A stretch of DNA of 63,307 nucleotides, the filler included, from Octopus bimaculoides (taxonomy: Eukaryota): assembly GCF_001194135.2 (NCBI RefSeq). It is 3 parts of 3 records of this genome, joined end to end, with 100 filler letters (N's around TTAATTAATTAA, not from the genome) between each part and the next. Parts side by side here need not be neighbours in the genome. Positions count along the whole stretch, not along the records: positions 58,789 to 63,307 come from NC_068981.1; 2 more parts are not named here. One strand, given 5' to 3'. The position numbers were made by a program, and so were the translations under genes. Every line of letters starts with the position of its first letter. Within the stretch, counting starts at the first letter, position 1. Under the pieces are notes generated by a model. The model made no database searches. It worked only from the letters and a program-made list of their open reading frames with translations, and was not told the origin of the DNA. Of the stretch, positions 62,101 to 63,307 are shown piece after piece.

Positions 62101-63307
62101 ATATAGATAAATATACATACATATATGTATGTTTATATNNNNNNNNNNNNNNNNNNNNNNNNNNNNNNNNNNNNNNNNNNNNNNNNNNNNNNNNNNNNNN
62201 NNNNNNNNNNNNNNNNNNNNNNNNNNNNNNNNNNNNNNNNNNNNNNNNNNNNNNNNNNNNNNNNNNNNNNNNNNNNNNNNNNNNNNNNNNNNNNNNNNNN
62301 NNNNNNNNNNNNNTATACATATATGCCACAGAATGTCCTAAAACTAAACACCAATATCCAAACGTTATGTAAGCCTTAATAAGATTATTTATGAAGAAAA
62401 ACAACCAATATCACTGTAAGTAATCTCCACAAACCATGAACCCACAGACACTTTCCACTTTACTACAATGAAGGACAACTCAGAATAAGGTGACTAAGAG
62501 ATTAAAAAAATCGCAAGCAAGCATAACAGATATGTAAACCCATCATCAGCTGCCAAACGGATATCACTATGGTTTTGACTCTTGAGTAGTACTATTTACT
62601 CCAGCGGTGTCAACAACGTTAAAAAGCATAAACGCTGCCTGGGAATCAATAATAATTAGCAGGAACCTAGCATTAGTGTAGTATGTCTATTATACCAACA
62701 CCTGATTATTACTACAACGTAAACAATTATTATTACTCGCGAAGATTCTTGCCCGGGGCTAGACACTTCGCGAGTGAAACACGAGACAAGACTCAGAGTA
62801 ACCGGTCTATTTTATAAATAATAAACATATCTGTCCACTATTGCACCTCGTAATATGTTCTACATCTGATAGTGTTTGCACTATGTAAAGCATATTTAAA
62901 TATACTTTACCACTCTTATATTACAAAATTTCAAAATCACTGTCAACGTTCAACCTTTTCCTTGTATGAAATTAATAAATATTTATTCTATTAAAATGTG
63001 TTGAGTGATCCTTCAATTTAATCTTAAATCGCTTTTATATATATAAGTAGAATAAACACGCGCGCGCGTATTTATATATATACACATATATACATATATT
63101 ATACATATATACATTATATGTGTTTACCATGAAAGTATGTATATGTATGTATAAAAGTATAAATATATATATATATACACATACATATATGTGTGTATGT
63201 ATGTATGTGTGTATGTATGCATATAAGTATATATTATATCATATATTATATTATATATATTATTTATGTATGTATATATATATGTATATATATATATATA
63301 TATATAT

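Noticed and set aside
61470-62700. Possible Penelope-linker or BED-finger-like fragments in 61700-61900 and 62440-62580
   Set aside because: Only 3-5 residue resemblances with many stops; not supportable

Overview
Repeat-dense, gap-riddled eukaryotic genomic DNA; I recognise no host protein-coding exon, rRNA, true tRNA gene or CRISPR array. The SINE families, AT-richness and N gaps sitting at microsatellites point to an octopus genome (inference, not searched). Almost all listed ORFs are microsatellite or N-gap artefacts. Supported content: (1) about 40 copies or fragments of at least five SINE-like families (working names A, B, C, D, F, plus an older family E), several with target-site duplications, including a dimeric B element; (2) decayed coding remnants of a Tx1/L1-like LINE, a CR1-like LINE, two RTE-like LINE ends, Penelope-like elements (RT plus GIY-YIG), a mariner, a Tigger/pogo and a Buster/Charlie-like hAT transposase; (3) hAT, pogo and piggyBac-type MITEs and three long fold-back inverted repeats; (4) a set of minimal type I hammerhead-ribozyme motifs from several sequence families. 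One hammerhead has an intact canonical core (51382-51422), and two related copies share a non-canonical CUGUUGA core (39749-39784, 48207-48243). Two SINE-LINE partnerships can be read directly from shared 3-prime tails inside the window. All alignments and folds were done by eye and need computational confirmation.
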